Shown here piece by piece: positions 10,901 to 31,446 of a stretch of DNA of 64,000 bases. The stretch is from Salpingoeca rosetta (lineage: Eukaryota > Protista > Choanoflagellata): contig JAWQFM010000002.1 of NCBI GenBank assembly GCA_033442325.1, positions 1,534,076 through 1,598,075 on the forward strand, written 5' to 3'. A program made the position numbers and the translations under genes. How positions within the stretch are numbered: the stretch's first letter is position 1; every line of letters begins with the position of its first letter. The notes under the pieces are model-generated. The model had not been told where the DNA came from and searched no databases. It saw only the letters and a program-made list of their open reading frames with translations.

Positions 10901-13900
10901 GATTGCTGTCGTGCGTGCGCGCGTGCTCGGGTGTTTACACGCGTGTATCCTGTTGTCTATACCAGTTGGTCAGACCTCACTCCTTCATCTCACTCCTCAG
11001 TATCACTCCTTCACCTCACTCCTTCACCTTACTCCTCAACCTCATTCCTTCACCTCACTCCTTACATTCGTTCCCCCTCCCCCTACTTCCCTTAACACAT
11101 TCACCCCTACCATATCTCGTCGCCCACATTCAACGTGCTTGCAGGCAACATCCTGGTCCAGGTGCGCGACGGCAAGGCGTACCCGGTGCTGCTTGACTAC
11201 GGCATGTGCCGGCAGCTGCCCGAGGAGAAGAAGCGGGCCTTTGCCGCCATGATCTACGCAGCGACCACCATGGACTTTGGCACGCTGCTGTGGAGTTTTG
11301 ACGAGATGGGCCTGAAACTGAAGCGGGACGACCCGTTTGAGGACATGAAGAACATTCGCTTTGTGCTGCGTGACACAGCGCCTGGCGCAGAGATGCGCAG
11401 AGACTTCAAGAAGTTTCGCGAGGACGTGTGGCAGAAGCGCCAGCAGCTGCCGCGCAGCCAGCGAAACCCGGTCGAGGCGTGGCCGCCGGAGCTGCTGTTC
11501 TTCTTCCGCGTGACCCTGCTTCTGCGTGGCCTGTGCGCTGTGCTTGGCGTGCGCATGCGCTACTCGCTCGTGCTGGCCCCATACGCCCACCTCGCCCTCA
11601 TCCGATCCTACAACCGCTCCCTGCACGCCACGCACGCCGTCACCGCTGCGCCCATCCACACCGACACCAGTCAAGACACAACCGCCACGAACACCACCAC
11701 CGCAGGCGGTGTGCCACCATCATCGCCACCGCCGTCGGCGCCACTGTCGCGCGTGCGGCTGGTGCGCATGGCTGCCAGTCCGCAGCGAGCGGTGATGGAG
11801 GTGCTGCAGGAGCTGTACAGCGAGGGCCTCATCACAGGCATCCAGGTTGCCGCCTACCACCAAGGACAGTGCGTCGTGAACGCATGTGCGGGGACAATGG
11901 GAGCGGCGGACCCGCGGGCCGTCACGCCGAGCACGCTCTTCAACTGCTTCTCCGTGATGAAGGGCGTGACGGCGACGGCGCTGCACGTGCTCGCCGACCA
12001 GCGGCTTCTGCAGTACAGCGATCGCGTTGGTGCACACTGGCCCGAGTACGCGTGCAACGGCAAGGAGGAGACGACCATCTACAACGTGCTTACCCACTCT
12101 GCTGGGCTGCACCGCTTCCCCGGCCTCAAGCTGAACCTGAAGCAGGTGTGCGACTGGCACACGATGCAGAAGCACATACAGGAGGCGGCAGCAGAGACAC
12201 CACCAGGCACGCTCGCCCGCTACCACATCCTGTCGTTTGGGTGGATTGTTGCCGGCATCATTGAGCGGGTGACGCGCGGGCAGCCGTTCAGCGAATTCCT
12301 TCGTCAGCGCATCGCTGCTCCGCTCGGCATTGAGGTGTGTGGTGGTGGACAGGTGGAGAGAGAAGTTGGTCGGGGCTGCGAGTGTGTGGTTGCAATCGGC
12401 GTGTACGTGTGTGTGCATGACTGTGTTGCAACCACAGCGTGTGCTTGTTTTGGGTTGTCTGTATGTATTGCATTGGGTAAACCACGCGTGTGGCGGGAAG
12501 ATGTTGACACGTGTGTGTGTGTGTTTGATATCGCGCGTCTTGCACTCATCTGCGTGCCTGACCCTCATCTGCGTGTGCTGCTGTGCACTGGTGATGGTTG
12601 TGCCAGGACGAGTTTATGATTGGCGTCGACATGGATGATGAGCGCATCTGCGACCGACTCGCCACACTCTGCAACGGGTGCGACTGTTTTTGCTGTTATT
12701 TGCATGGGATACAGTCGTGTGTTGTGTTGCAGTCTTTGGGGATGGTGCACAGGTTTTGGTGTCGGGTTGCTGGTTCCCATTGCGGCTCCTCGTCTTTCCC
12801 ACGCCGTACCTAACAACATGTCTCGCACATCACCACCACCACCACCACGATCACGACGATCAACTGCCACGATCACCTCCACGACACCACGACACCACCT
12901 CCATGTTCACAACACCACGACTACCAACAACAGGTTCTTTGCGACGGAGGATGGCGAGCCACCGAGCGAGGAGGACGTGAAGCGGCTGCTGGCACAGCTG
13001 CGGCGCGCCGACCTGCCACAGCAGCGCCACGAGACGCCAGGGGCGGGCGATGTCGTGCTGGTGAACGGAACAACAAGGAGCGGGCGGCGTGTGCCCACCG
13101 TTGCGCACGTGAGTGGTGAAGACGCAGAAGACGCACAAGAGGTAGAGGAGGAGGGTGCTGGTGATGCTGAAGGCGCGGCAGGAGGGGAGAAGCATGAGGA
13201 CGAAGCAGAAGAACAGCGCGACGGCGATGAGGATGAGGATGAGGATGAGGATGAGGAGGAAGAGGATGAGGAGGAGGATGAGGAGGAAGAGGACACGAGT
13301 GCTGTTGCAGCATCGGTACCACGCCACCCAGATGCGTGGCCGCCTGTTCTCAACCAGCAGCCGCACCGCTACGACGCGCTTGTGGAGAAGACGCGTACGG
13401 AGGTGATGAAGGAAATGGACAGCACAACAGACGGATGGGGCCTTGTCAAGACGTCATCAGACGTTGAGATCTGGAAGAAAAAGGTGGGTTACAATGTGTG
13501 TGTGTGTGTGTGTGTGTGCGTGTGTGTGTGTGTGTGGCAATGTGTGTGTGGCAATGTGTGTGTGTGTGGGGGGGGGGGCAATGCGTGTGTGTGTGTGTCA
13601 ATGTGAATGTGTGTGCGAGTGAGTCTCATGGACACGGTTCATTGTCGACACTCGATCCCTCATTCTTCCCGCCCTCATCCTGCAATGTTCCCATTGTCAC
13701 ACCTGTCTTTAGATCCAGGACAGCCCGTTGGTGATGGTTCGGGGCGTGGGCGTGATTGAGCGCCACCCAGCCGTTCTCTTCAAGATTCTGACGCAGGTGG
13801 ACCAGAAGCCGCTGTGGAACAAGGACTTTGCCTGCCTGGACGAGGTTGAAGTGTTTGATGACTGCACAAAGGTTCGTGTTGCGTCTGCATACGTGTATTT

Positions 13901-14335
13901 TGCGTATGTGAGCTGGTGTGGAAGAATGTGTGTTTGTATATGAATCTGTGAATGTATTGTGGATGTGTTGTGCAGGTGTGCAGCATGCCTCTGCACGGGC
14001 TGACGCGAGACTGCGATGCGTGTGGTGTGCTTCAGGTGATCCGTGATGAGTACAAGCCCATCTGGCCGGTCTCTGGGCGCGACATGTGCTTCGTGCAGTC
14101 CCTTCGTCTCCTGGACAACGGCGGCTTCTTCATGGTCAGCAAGAGCGTCGAGCACCCAGACTGCCCGCCCAAATCGGGGTGAGTCGTGCGAGAGGCGGTG
14201 TGGTGTGGAACATATGTGGAACATGTGTGTTTTGGTGTGTGTGCGTGTGCCGTGCCGTTATGCACGCATGTGTGGTTGAGGAGAGGCTCGTCAACAATAT
14301 GTGGTGATCTTACCACTTTCCTTGCGCACTCCCCT

Positions 14336-14391
<56 letters not shown>

Positions 14392-15038
14392 CTCACACAC
14401 TCTCTCATGCGCGTGTGGAAACCCAACATGTCTGTCAGTGTTGTGCGAGCGGAGGGTTTGGGTGGCATGCGCGTTGTGCCCTTCCCCAACGATCCCAACA
14501 AGTGCACCGTCACATACCTCACTGCTGTCGACCCAAAGGTGTGTGTCGGGTGTGTGTGCATTGTACGTGTTTTCATGTTTTGTGTGTGTGTGTGTGTTTT
14601 GCTTAGTGTGTGTGTTTGTGCGTGTTTGTGCGTGTGCGTGTGTGTGTTTGTGCGTGTGTGTGTTTGTGCGTGTGTGTGTTTGTGCGTTGTGTTTGTTAGT
14701 TTGATTTCAAGTTGCATTTGGATTTTGATACTTTAATCACATCAGGCACCTATCTTCCTCACTTTCCCCCACAATACCATCCTTGTCCCTCCCACGCACA
14801 CATGCAAACACAACTTGGCAGGGCAATGTTCCGACGATGGTGGTCAACGTCGTTGCGACCAACCAGCCGCTGTGTGTGGCGGCGATTCGCAAGCTTGCCA
14901 TGTCGCGCCCACAGTACACGCCGCCGCCAGAGCCAACCCCGCCACCAACTCCACAGCAGAAGAAGAGAGCACCACGCAAGCAGGGAAGCAAGCAGGCACT
15001 GAAGAAGACGAAAGCCAGGAAGCAGCAGACGACGGGGA

Positions 15039-15069
<31 letters not shown>

Positions 15070-15402
15070 GAAGGCGCAGAAGAGAGGTGCCGTGAAAGAA
15101 GCTAGTAACCACGCAGCAGCAGCAGCAGCACGCACACGATCAGGGAATGAGCAAGCATCAGCTGTGCCTGCTGCCACTACACATCAACAGCAACAAGCAG
15201 AACAACCAGAAGACGAGGAATTGGACGCCAGCAAGATGATTCTGCTGGACCCGTGCATGTACAACACACGACAGGTGGGTTGGCGTTAGCGTTGGCGTTG
15301 GCGTTGGCGCACTGACACGCGAGACGCCTGCATCTGCATTACACTTGCTCATGCACGAAATGACACAATTGATCCGACCGCCATTGCAAGCTGCTTGATG
15401 TT

Positions 15403-15475
<73 letters not shown>

Positions 15476-15713
15476 CAGTTGCGGCAAGCGGTGATCCCCT
15501 CAGCCAACGGCCACTTCTCTGCGCGTGCGCTTGCCAAGTTCTACGCCGTGCTCGCCAACAACGGCCGACTTGGGTCGTTTCAACTGCTGCAGCCAGAGAC
15601 TGTTGCCACCATGTCAAAGGTTCGCTTGCTTATTGTGTGCATGGAACTCCTGCACGGTACAGAAATGGTGGCGTTGTTGTATCCACCACCCTGTCGGCCT
15701 TACACACGTGCTT

Positions 15714-15779
<66 letters not shown>

Positions 15780-16379
15780 CTGTAAATGAATGAGTGCGAA
15801 TGTGATCGGTGTGTGTGCGTGCGTGTGTGTGTGTGTGAAAATCAGAGTGTCTCACGACGCATTCCTGATGCTTTTTTTGTGTTTCGATTCCCTGAACAGA
15901 CGCAGCCCATTGAGACGCCGTTCATGCAAGGCATGCGCGTGCGCTGGGGTCTTGGCTACCAAAAGTACAGGTACGTGTATGTATATGTGTGTGTGTATGA
16001 TTGTACGTCTTTGGCTTTGTTACTGTTGCGTTTGTTTTGTTGCTGTGTTCATCCTGTGGTTGACCTGCTTCCTTCCTTTTGTTCCCCTTCCATTTGCGCT
16101 TGTCGCGACTTTATCTGCGCCACCTCACACCACCCCTCCTCCCTTCTCTACAACGCTGCAATCCCTCATCTTCTCCACAGGATGAAGCGGGACGGGCGTG
16201 TGTTGGACACGCCGTTTGGCCACGTCGGGCTTGGCGGCAGTGCAGCGTTTTGCGATCCACACACCAACACGTCCTTTGCCATTACCGTGAATCGTTTGCA
16301 GCTGGATAAGGAGGTTGCCGAGCGTGTCCTTGACGCCATCACGGATGCGTTGCAGATTGGCCAAGTCGACCTCATGTGA
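5955..16379 (+). CDS. Multidomain protein: SCP2 - FYVE - TM - ABC1/UbiB (ADCK/ABC1K) kinase - beta-lactamase-fold serine hydrolase split by a START domain; 20 exons, ~1,877 aa
   Basis: Exons: 5955-6097, 6252-6355, 6636-6745, 6939-7163, 7502-8377, 8664-9071, 9346-9453, 9817-9978, 10173-10252, 10447-10787, 11145-12334, 12607-12677, 12934-13483, 13713-13871, 14036-14178, 14439-14538, 14822-15274, 15479-15619, 15900-15970, 16181-16379. All introns are GT-AG with compatible phases and the total is 5,634 nt. Domain motifs are given in the sub-features. Confidence 0.85.
6030..6990 (+). other. SCP2 (sterol carrier protein 2)-like lipid-binding domain
   Basis: [14 protein letters not shown]...[37 protein letters not shown] fits the SCP2 consensus (W.iD...pD.ti......f..l..Gkl....A....klki.G). 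Confidence 0.75.
7155..7665 (+). other. FYVE zinc finger (PI3P-binding)
   Basis: W|VPD (WxxD), [26 protein letters not shown]. All three FYVE signature motifs and eight Cys are present. Confidence 0.95.
9030..11600 (+). other. ABC1/UbiB/ADCK atypical protein kinase-like domain
   Basis: KVGQ (KxGQ), LQD, A-rich loop [46 protein letters not shown]. Confidence 0.95.
11780..12677 (+). other. Beta-lactamase-related serine hydrolase (class C / family VIII esterase fold), N-terminal part
   Basis: [23 protein letters not shown] (SxxK at 11951-11962), [33 protein letters not shown] (catalytic Tyr ~12221), IAAPLGI. Lies in the same exon as the end of the kinase. Confidence 0.92.
13370..14900 (+). other. 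START (StAR-related lipid transfer) domain
   Basis: [88 protein letters not shown]: a complete START consensus. Confidence 0.93.
15240..16379 (+). other. Beta-lactamase-related serine hydrolase, C-terminal part
   Basis: [54 protein letters not shown]...FAITVN. Confidence 0.9.
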
Positions 16380-16931
16380 TGTGTGCGTATGTTGTGTGTA
16401 TGTCGTGTGTGTGTGTGTGTCGTGTGTGTGCATGTGAGTGTGGTGTGTGCATGTGTGTACGTGTGTGTTGTGCGTGGCATGTGTGTGTTGTGCGTGCACG
16501 TGAGTGTGCGTGGCATGAAGTGTGGGCGTGCACACCAACCTGTGTTCCTCATCTCTCATTCGTAGATTCGATGCACATTTAGAGCACCCGTTTTCAAAAG
16601 TTTGCTGTGTTGCATTGCCAATAAAACAACATCAAATTCATCTTGCCAATTTTTTATTTGCCAACGCGCACAGTCCGCGCTTTCTGACCACGCTGCCACA
16701 CAACCACACACAACAACTCGACGACGACCGCATGCACTGGCCGCTGCATCCCCCTCCACAACAAGCAGCACATTCGCTCACTCAACCGGTCTCTCGACGA
16801 GCCGGAGACAGCAACGGCTGCAACAGCTACAACAGCTGCAGTATCTGCAGCAACATCCTGAGCGGCAAAAGCGCCATTTCCCAAGGCGCAGACACAAGCC
16901 ACAAGCAAAACCTGTGACGGCCAAGGCATTC

Positions 16932-25815
<8,884 letters not shown>

Positions 25816-26296
25816 TGCGTCAATTCTTCTCATGGATTCTGTAATGTTTCCGTGTGACCTAGGTTCATGTGGCTGATACAAGTTGGTGTCTGTGACTCCT
25901 TTCCGTTTGCATTTCATTTGCCCGTGTTACACTTCCATAACCTGTTTCAATAGAGGCGTAGCTTGTTGTCTGTCTGTATTTTTGATCCTCGTTCACGTTT
26001 CGGTGGCCATAATATGCACAACAAACATGAGGCACTACAAACACGAAGCATTCCGTTCACGAACAACATCGAACCACCACTGCTGGCTGTACAAACCAAC
26101 CACCCACCCACCCACCACCACGCTTGGGAGCCTCCACAAAGCCATATCACCACATCACACGGTGCCACGCATCACCACGCACAAACAAGCCATGACATGC
26201 ATGATGCATCATGCCGCACCACATGACAGCACAGCACAGCACAGCACAGCACAGCACAGCACGTCACATCACACGTGACGGTACGGTGTGAAAATG

Positions 26297-28893
26297 TCAC
26301 GAGAAGATGGTGATGACTTCGCGACCGCCACCACGAATCATGATGATGCGTTGCAAGTTCTCCGTGAGCACATCCACATACTCCATGTAGCTCATGGCTG
26401 CGTCGTAGCTGTCTGCACACTCCTTGGGCGCCCCGGGGAGGTTGAGCAGTATCAAGCGCGCGTCATGCGAGTGCTGCTGGATGATGCGATTCAACTTGAC
26501 AGACGTGTTCATGCGCCGCACGTTGTCTGTGAGCGGCCTGTCTGCCCGCACGGCGCCGTGTGCTGCGTCTGCCCTGGAGCGATCGGCCACGGCCTCAGCA
26601 ACACGCGCGCGCTGCTTTGGCGAGAGATTCAGGTCTTCCATCAGCTGTGTCCTGCTCTCCATCTGTGCCGTTCGCTCGTACGTGTACGCGGAGATGTCCG
26701 AGTCGAGCATTTCGACAACCTTCACGTCGGCGTCGATGCGCAGGTGGTACAGGAACGACTGCAGATCCTGCTGCATCTGTACGCTGTTGTCGTCGTTCTC
26801 CGCAACGGTGAACACACGCAGGCGGCACTTGCGCCAGACCACATCCTGCTGAAGAAGGAAGGCGAGCAGCAGCAGCATACCGCCATCATGCACGATCCAC
26901 CACACGTCAATCGTGCCTGTCTCGGGGACGCCCGGGTCGGGGAACATGTGCAGGTTCTTGGGCACGATGATGGCGTGCTCGTTGGACGCCGCGTCCAGCA
27001 GCACGCGCATGAACACGGACACCTGGCGCAGGCTCGCCGCTGCCTCCTCCGCAGATTGGCCGGCAGCCTCCGCCTGCGCATGCTCCAGACGCTCGCGCCA
27101 CCCCTCGGGCCAGCCAAGCATGACTGTGTTGTGCTTGAGCGCGCCCAAGCCGGCGCTTTGCACGAGGAAGCTCATGCCCTGGGCGAGGGACGGGCACACG
27201 ACCACCTCGGCAAAGCCCTGGATGTCTGCCTTCTTCATGGCGGCCTTGATGGCCACCTGCCCCGTGGCGCGGTCGGAGCAGCGCTCAATCAAGTCGCCCT
27301 CCAGCACGCTGGCCACCATGTTCAGGCCCTTGCCGTTCTTGAGTGAGCCCGCGAGGTCCAGCAGGCGCGGCTCGCTCACGTCCAGCGTGGCGTCGTTCAG
27401 CTTGACAAACGTGAGAATCTGCGGGCGCCAGTTCTTGGTGTGCGGCTGGGCCTCCTCCAAGCGCAGCAGGCTGAAGCGCGCTGCCTGCATGCTCAGGCCG
27501 CGGATGCCGTCGCCCCACTCCTTTGCGGCGCCCTTGAACTCAATGTAGTAGTACACCACGGCGGCGAGCACAATGGCGGCGAGGGCGTAGAACCAGCTGG
27601 ACACGAACATGAGCAGCACGCACAGGACGAGCCCCAGGCTGGACAGGCTCCAGTGGTAGTACTTGAAGCGCGGGCGCCACGACGGCGCGCGCAGGAGCGA
27701 CTGGAGGGAGCAGGCAAGGTTCACAAACCCGTAGCACATGAGGAAAAACATGGTGATGATGGGCGCCACGGCATCCAGTGACGCAATCAACACGCCGCAT
27801 TCCGAAATGATGAGCGTGAGCACCAACGCGCGCGTGGGCTCGCCAGACGCAGAGGCCTTTCCAAAATAGGAAAGAAACGGCAGCAAATTGTCCTGGGCAA
27901 TGGCCTGGAGGAGGCGGGGCGCGCCCGTGAGGCTCTGGAGCCCGGCGCCGATGGTGGAGAGGAGAGCGCCAATGAGGATGACAATCGGATGCGGCCATGC
28001 CAGCTCGGCAATGACCAGGCCGCCGTTGATGCTGTCGCCAAACTTGTCGCGAAGCAGCGGGCCCTGCACAACGCCGCCGAGGAAGAGCACGGACGTGAAG
28101 TAGATGAGGGCGGTGGTGGCGATGGCGGCGATGGTGCCTGTTGGGATGGCACGCGATGCGTCCTTGAGGTCCCCGGAGCGGTTGGACCCCGCCATAATGC
28201 CCGTGCACGCGGGAAAGAAGATGGCCAGCAGCAGCGTGAAGGACGTGGTGATGTCCGCAACGACAACGTCGTCGTGGCCCTTTTGTCCGGGCGCGGACTC
28301 GCCGCCTTTGAGGTAGTGGGGCCCAACGTTGCTTTGGAACACGCCGCTGCCAAGGCCCGGGAACGCCTGTACGTAACCGGAGTACGACGAGTTGGCGTTC
28401 TGCCACGTCGGGTAGAGCGTGGCATCGGCAGCGGTGCAGTTGCCGTCGTAGGAGCTGCGCACTAGGGCCTCGTCAATGATGCACACGTCCGGCTGGCGGG
28501 AGGTCGGGGAGGCAAAGTAGCCGATGTAGATGCACAGGATGGACAGCAGCACCGTCGCCAGGCAGAAGCTGGCAAAGCGGTTGACGTATTTGACGCCAAC
28601 GAAGACGATGAACCCCATCAGGCACAGCAGCACGGTGCCGTAGAGCCGCATGTTGTTGAGGAGAGACGGCGTCCCAGGCTCAATCTCGCCAAAGGCAGAC
28701 ATCCCCGGCGCAATGTATGTCTGGGGTGTGGAGGGGGACAGGGGTTCACGTGACGGGTGATGGTGATGGTCGTGGTCGTGGCGGTGACGATGCGGTGACG
28801 TTGACAGAAGTGATGGGGAGAGCACGAACGGCCGATCCATGAGGTGGTGCACAATACAAAGCACAGCGTCACGCACACACACACGCATGCACG

Positions 28894-28945
<52 letters not shown>

Positions 28946-29423
28946 AACACGCACACACACACAGCACAGCACCACAGCACAACATCACATGACATGGCAT
29001 CGCAAGTGTGTGCGCACCAGCAAGAGCTCAATGGCACCGAGGGTGTACATGGCAGATGCAAATGCCGTTCCGAGATAGAACAGAATGCCCACGGCGCCGC
29101 CAAATTCCGGACCAAGAGCACGCGATATCATAAAGTACGCGCCGCCAGCTGGGGCAGTGGTGAAGGAGAAGGTGGTGGGGGTGTATGTGAGTGTGTGGAT
29201 GTGCATATGGTGTGCGTGTGGTGTGTATGTACGTGCATGGATGGCTTCAACCCAGATGCTATGAACATGAATGGTATGACTCTGCCTCCAACGTGTTGCT
29301 GCTGATAGACGGGTGGGAAGTTGTGTTGCCGGAACTGTTGCAAGCACGCAGAACACCACCGTTCCACACGTGTGTGCGTGTGTGTGTGTGCGTGTGTGTG
29401 TGTGTGTACGTGTGTGTGTGTGC

Positions 29424-29468
<45 letters not shown>

Positions 29469-29803
29469 TGTGTGTGTGTACCTGGGACGACGCCGTTTGT
29501 TGCGATGGCGCTCATGGAAATTGCTGTAAGCATTGTCGTTGTCGTGCAGATCAGCACAATCAGCAGCGACTGGCAAGCAAAGCAAACAGGAGACAGCGAA
29601 TCGCTTTGTGTGAGCGCACAGAAGCGTGTTGACGAACCATTGCAAAGCATATACCCGCGCACGCAAACACAAAGTCCGGGCATGTCAACACACACACATG
29701 TGCACATGCACAGACACACACACACAGACAGACAGACAGACAGACAGACACACACACACACACACAACACACACACACACACACACAGACACACACACAC
29801 ACA

Positions 29804-29854
<51 letters not shown>

Positions 29855-30649
29855 GTCCGACGCCGGCGATGCCGACAATCCAGGTGAGGCGAAGGAAGAG
29901 GATGACACCCAAGATGTTCTGGATGGTGGGCAGGTAGACGCCGACAAGCGTATTCATCTTGATGGGCTGCTTGCGCAGGAGAGCAAGCATGGATGACTCG
30001 GCGTTGAGCGGCGTGTCGTTGTTGCTGTTGAAGCGCACGAGATTGCTCAGGATCTGCGCCACGCGCGGGCGACGCTGCAACTCGGGCTAGTGGGCGATTG
30101 AGGGGCGACCAACAGCGAGTAGCCAATGCAGGTACAGCACAAAACATGTGTGAGGATACGTTGTGCGAGAATATGCATGCCAGCACCGCCTAACACCACA
30201 AGGGAATCAGCGTTCAAGGGGGAGAAGAGCAGCAGCGTGTGGACGTGTTTGCGAGCGTAGATGCAATGCAAACATACCTGGTACAGGGCAAGGTTCTCGG
30301 TTTCGGTTTCGTAAGTCTCTTCGTGCCGGGCAATGTCACGCAGGTTGTCGTATGGGTTCTTGCGCTGGGTTGATGAGGCTGCGGACGCGACACTGTCGCC
30401 GCCGTTGATCATGGCCTTGAATTTGTCGGAGATGGGCACCACAAACTCATCGTCATCGTCATCACTCGAGCCGCTATTCAGGTCAATGCTCTCCGCATCA
30501 TCGTGGCCTGTCGTGGAAGGGGGGTACGGAGGTAAGGGGGAGATAACACACAGATGCCATCGAATGTGAGGCGGAACACGATGACACGGGAAAGACAGTT
30601 TGGCGGGTATTCTCAAGACAGGAAGAGGGAGGGAGGCGGGGAGGATGAA

Positions 30650-30689
<40 letters not shown>

Positions 30690-30941
30690 AGGAAGAGAAG
30701 GAAGAAAAGGAGGGTAATGTGGCTCTATCAAACACACACAGACACACACACACACAGACACACACACACACACAGACACACGCACGCACGCACGCATGCA
30801 CGCACTCAAAGGCGCACCATTGAGGAGTGCTTGGTCTGGGGATGTGCTGGCGTGGTCCTCCATGACATCTGGCTCATCTGCGTTGAGGAGGCCGCGGTTG
30901 AGATGCGCACCTCCGTTCGGTCCATGACCGTTCATGGCCAT
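26297..30941 (-). CDS. SLC12 cation-chloride cotransporter, K-Cl cotransporter (KCC / SLC12A4-7) type
   Basis: [128 protein letters not shown]-terminal [12 protein letters not shown]. Confidence 0.95.
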
Positions 30942-31411
30942 GCTGCTGCCAACACGACGTTGTGGCTGTCGTTTTATCGATCGTACGACGCGCGTGCGCT
31001 CGCGCTCTCTGACAACAAAGCTCAAGTAATCTCAGCTGCAACACGGGATCAGGTGGTGCGATGGAAGCTGTGCAGGATGTAGAGGAGGGGGAAAATGTCA
31101 ATCGCAGCGCAGCTATCTCCGTGCAAGAGATCCGTCTGCGTGCGATCTCCCGTGCTCGTTCTCGTTCTCTCCCTGTGGCTTGGGGTCGGCTGCGACCAAC
31201 TCACAAGTCAAGGCAAGAAGAAGAAGTGAAGCAGCAGAGCGAGGGAAAGCGTTGTGTGGCGCCTTCGAGCTTGGCTTGTTGGTTTCTTGGCTTCTTCTGA
31301 TGTGAGTTTGGCGTTTGTTGCGAGTTTTTCTTTTCGTCAGCAGCAGGACAACGACTGCGGTTGCAAGCACGATTGTTGATGGATGGTGTTCACAAATTTT
31401 CTTGTTTGCCA

Positions 31412-31430
31412 CCGCCGCGAAAATTTCAAA
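31412..31430 (+). promoter_or_regulatory. Candidate CDE/E2F-CHR-like (DREAM) element just upstream of SKA1
   Basis: ccgccgcgaaaatttcaaa: an S-rich core followed by TTCAAA (reverse of TTTGAA), ending 17 nt before the ATG. Confidence 0.35.
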
Positions 31431-31446
31431 CGGAGAGGAGAAGACG

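Noticed and set aside
10975-11065. Short spaced direct repeats (cacctcactccttca); also 7183-7245, 45451-45580 and 63166-63300
   Set aside because: Degenerate intronic minisatellites or local tandem duplications. No unique spacers of constant length and no cas genes, so not CRISPR; no TIR/LTR or transposase.
11780-16379. Beta-lactamase as an antibiotic-resistance gene or bacterial contamination
   Set aside because: Interrupted by spliceosomal introns, fused to eukaryotic FYVE/START domains, and motifs are esterase-like.
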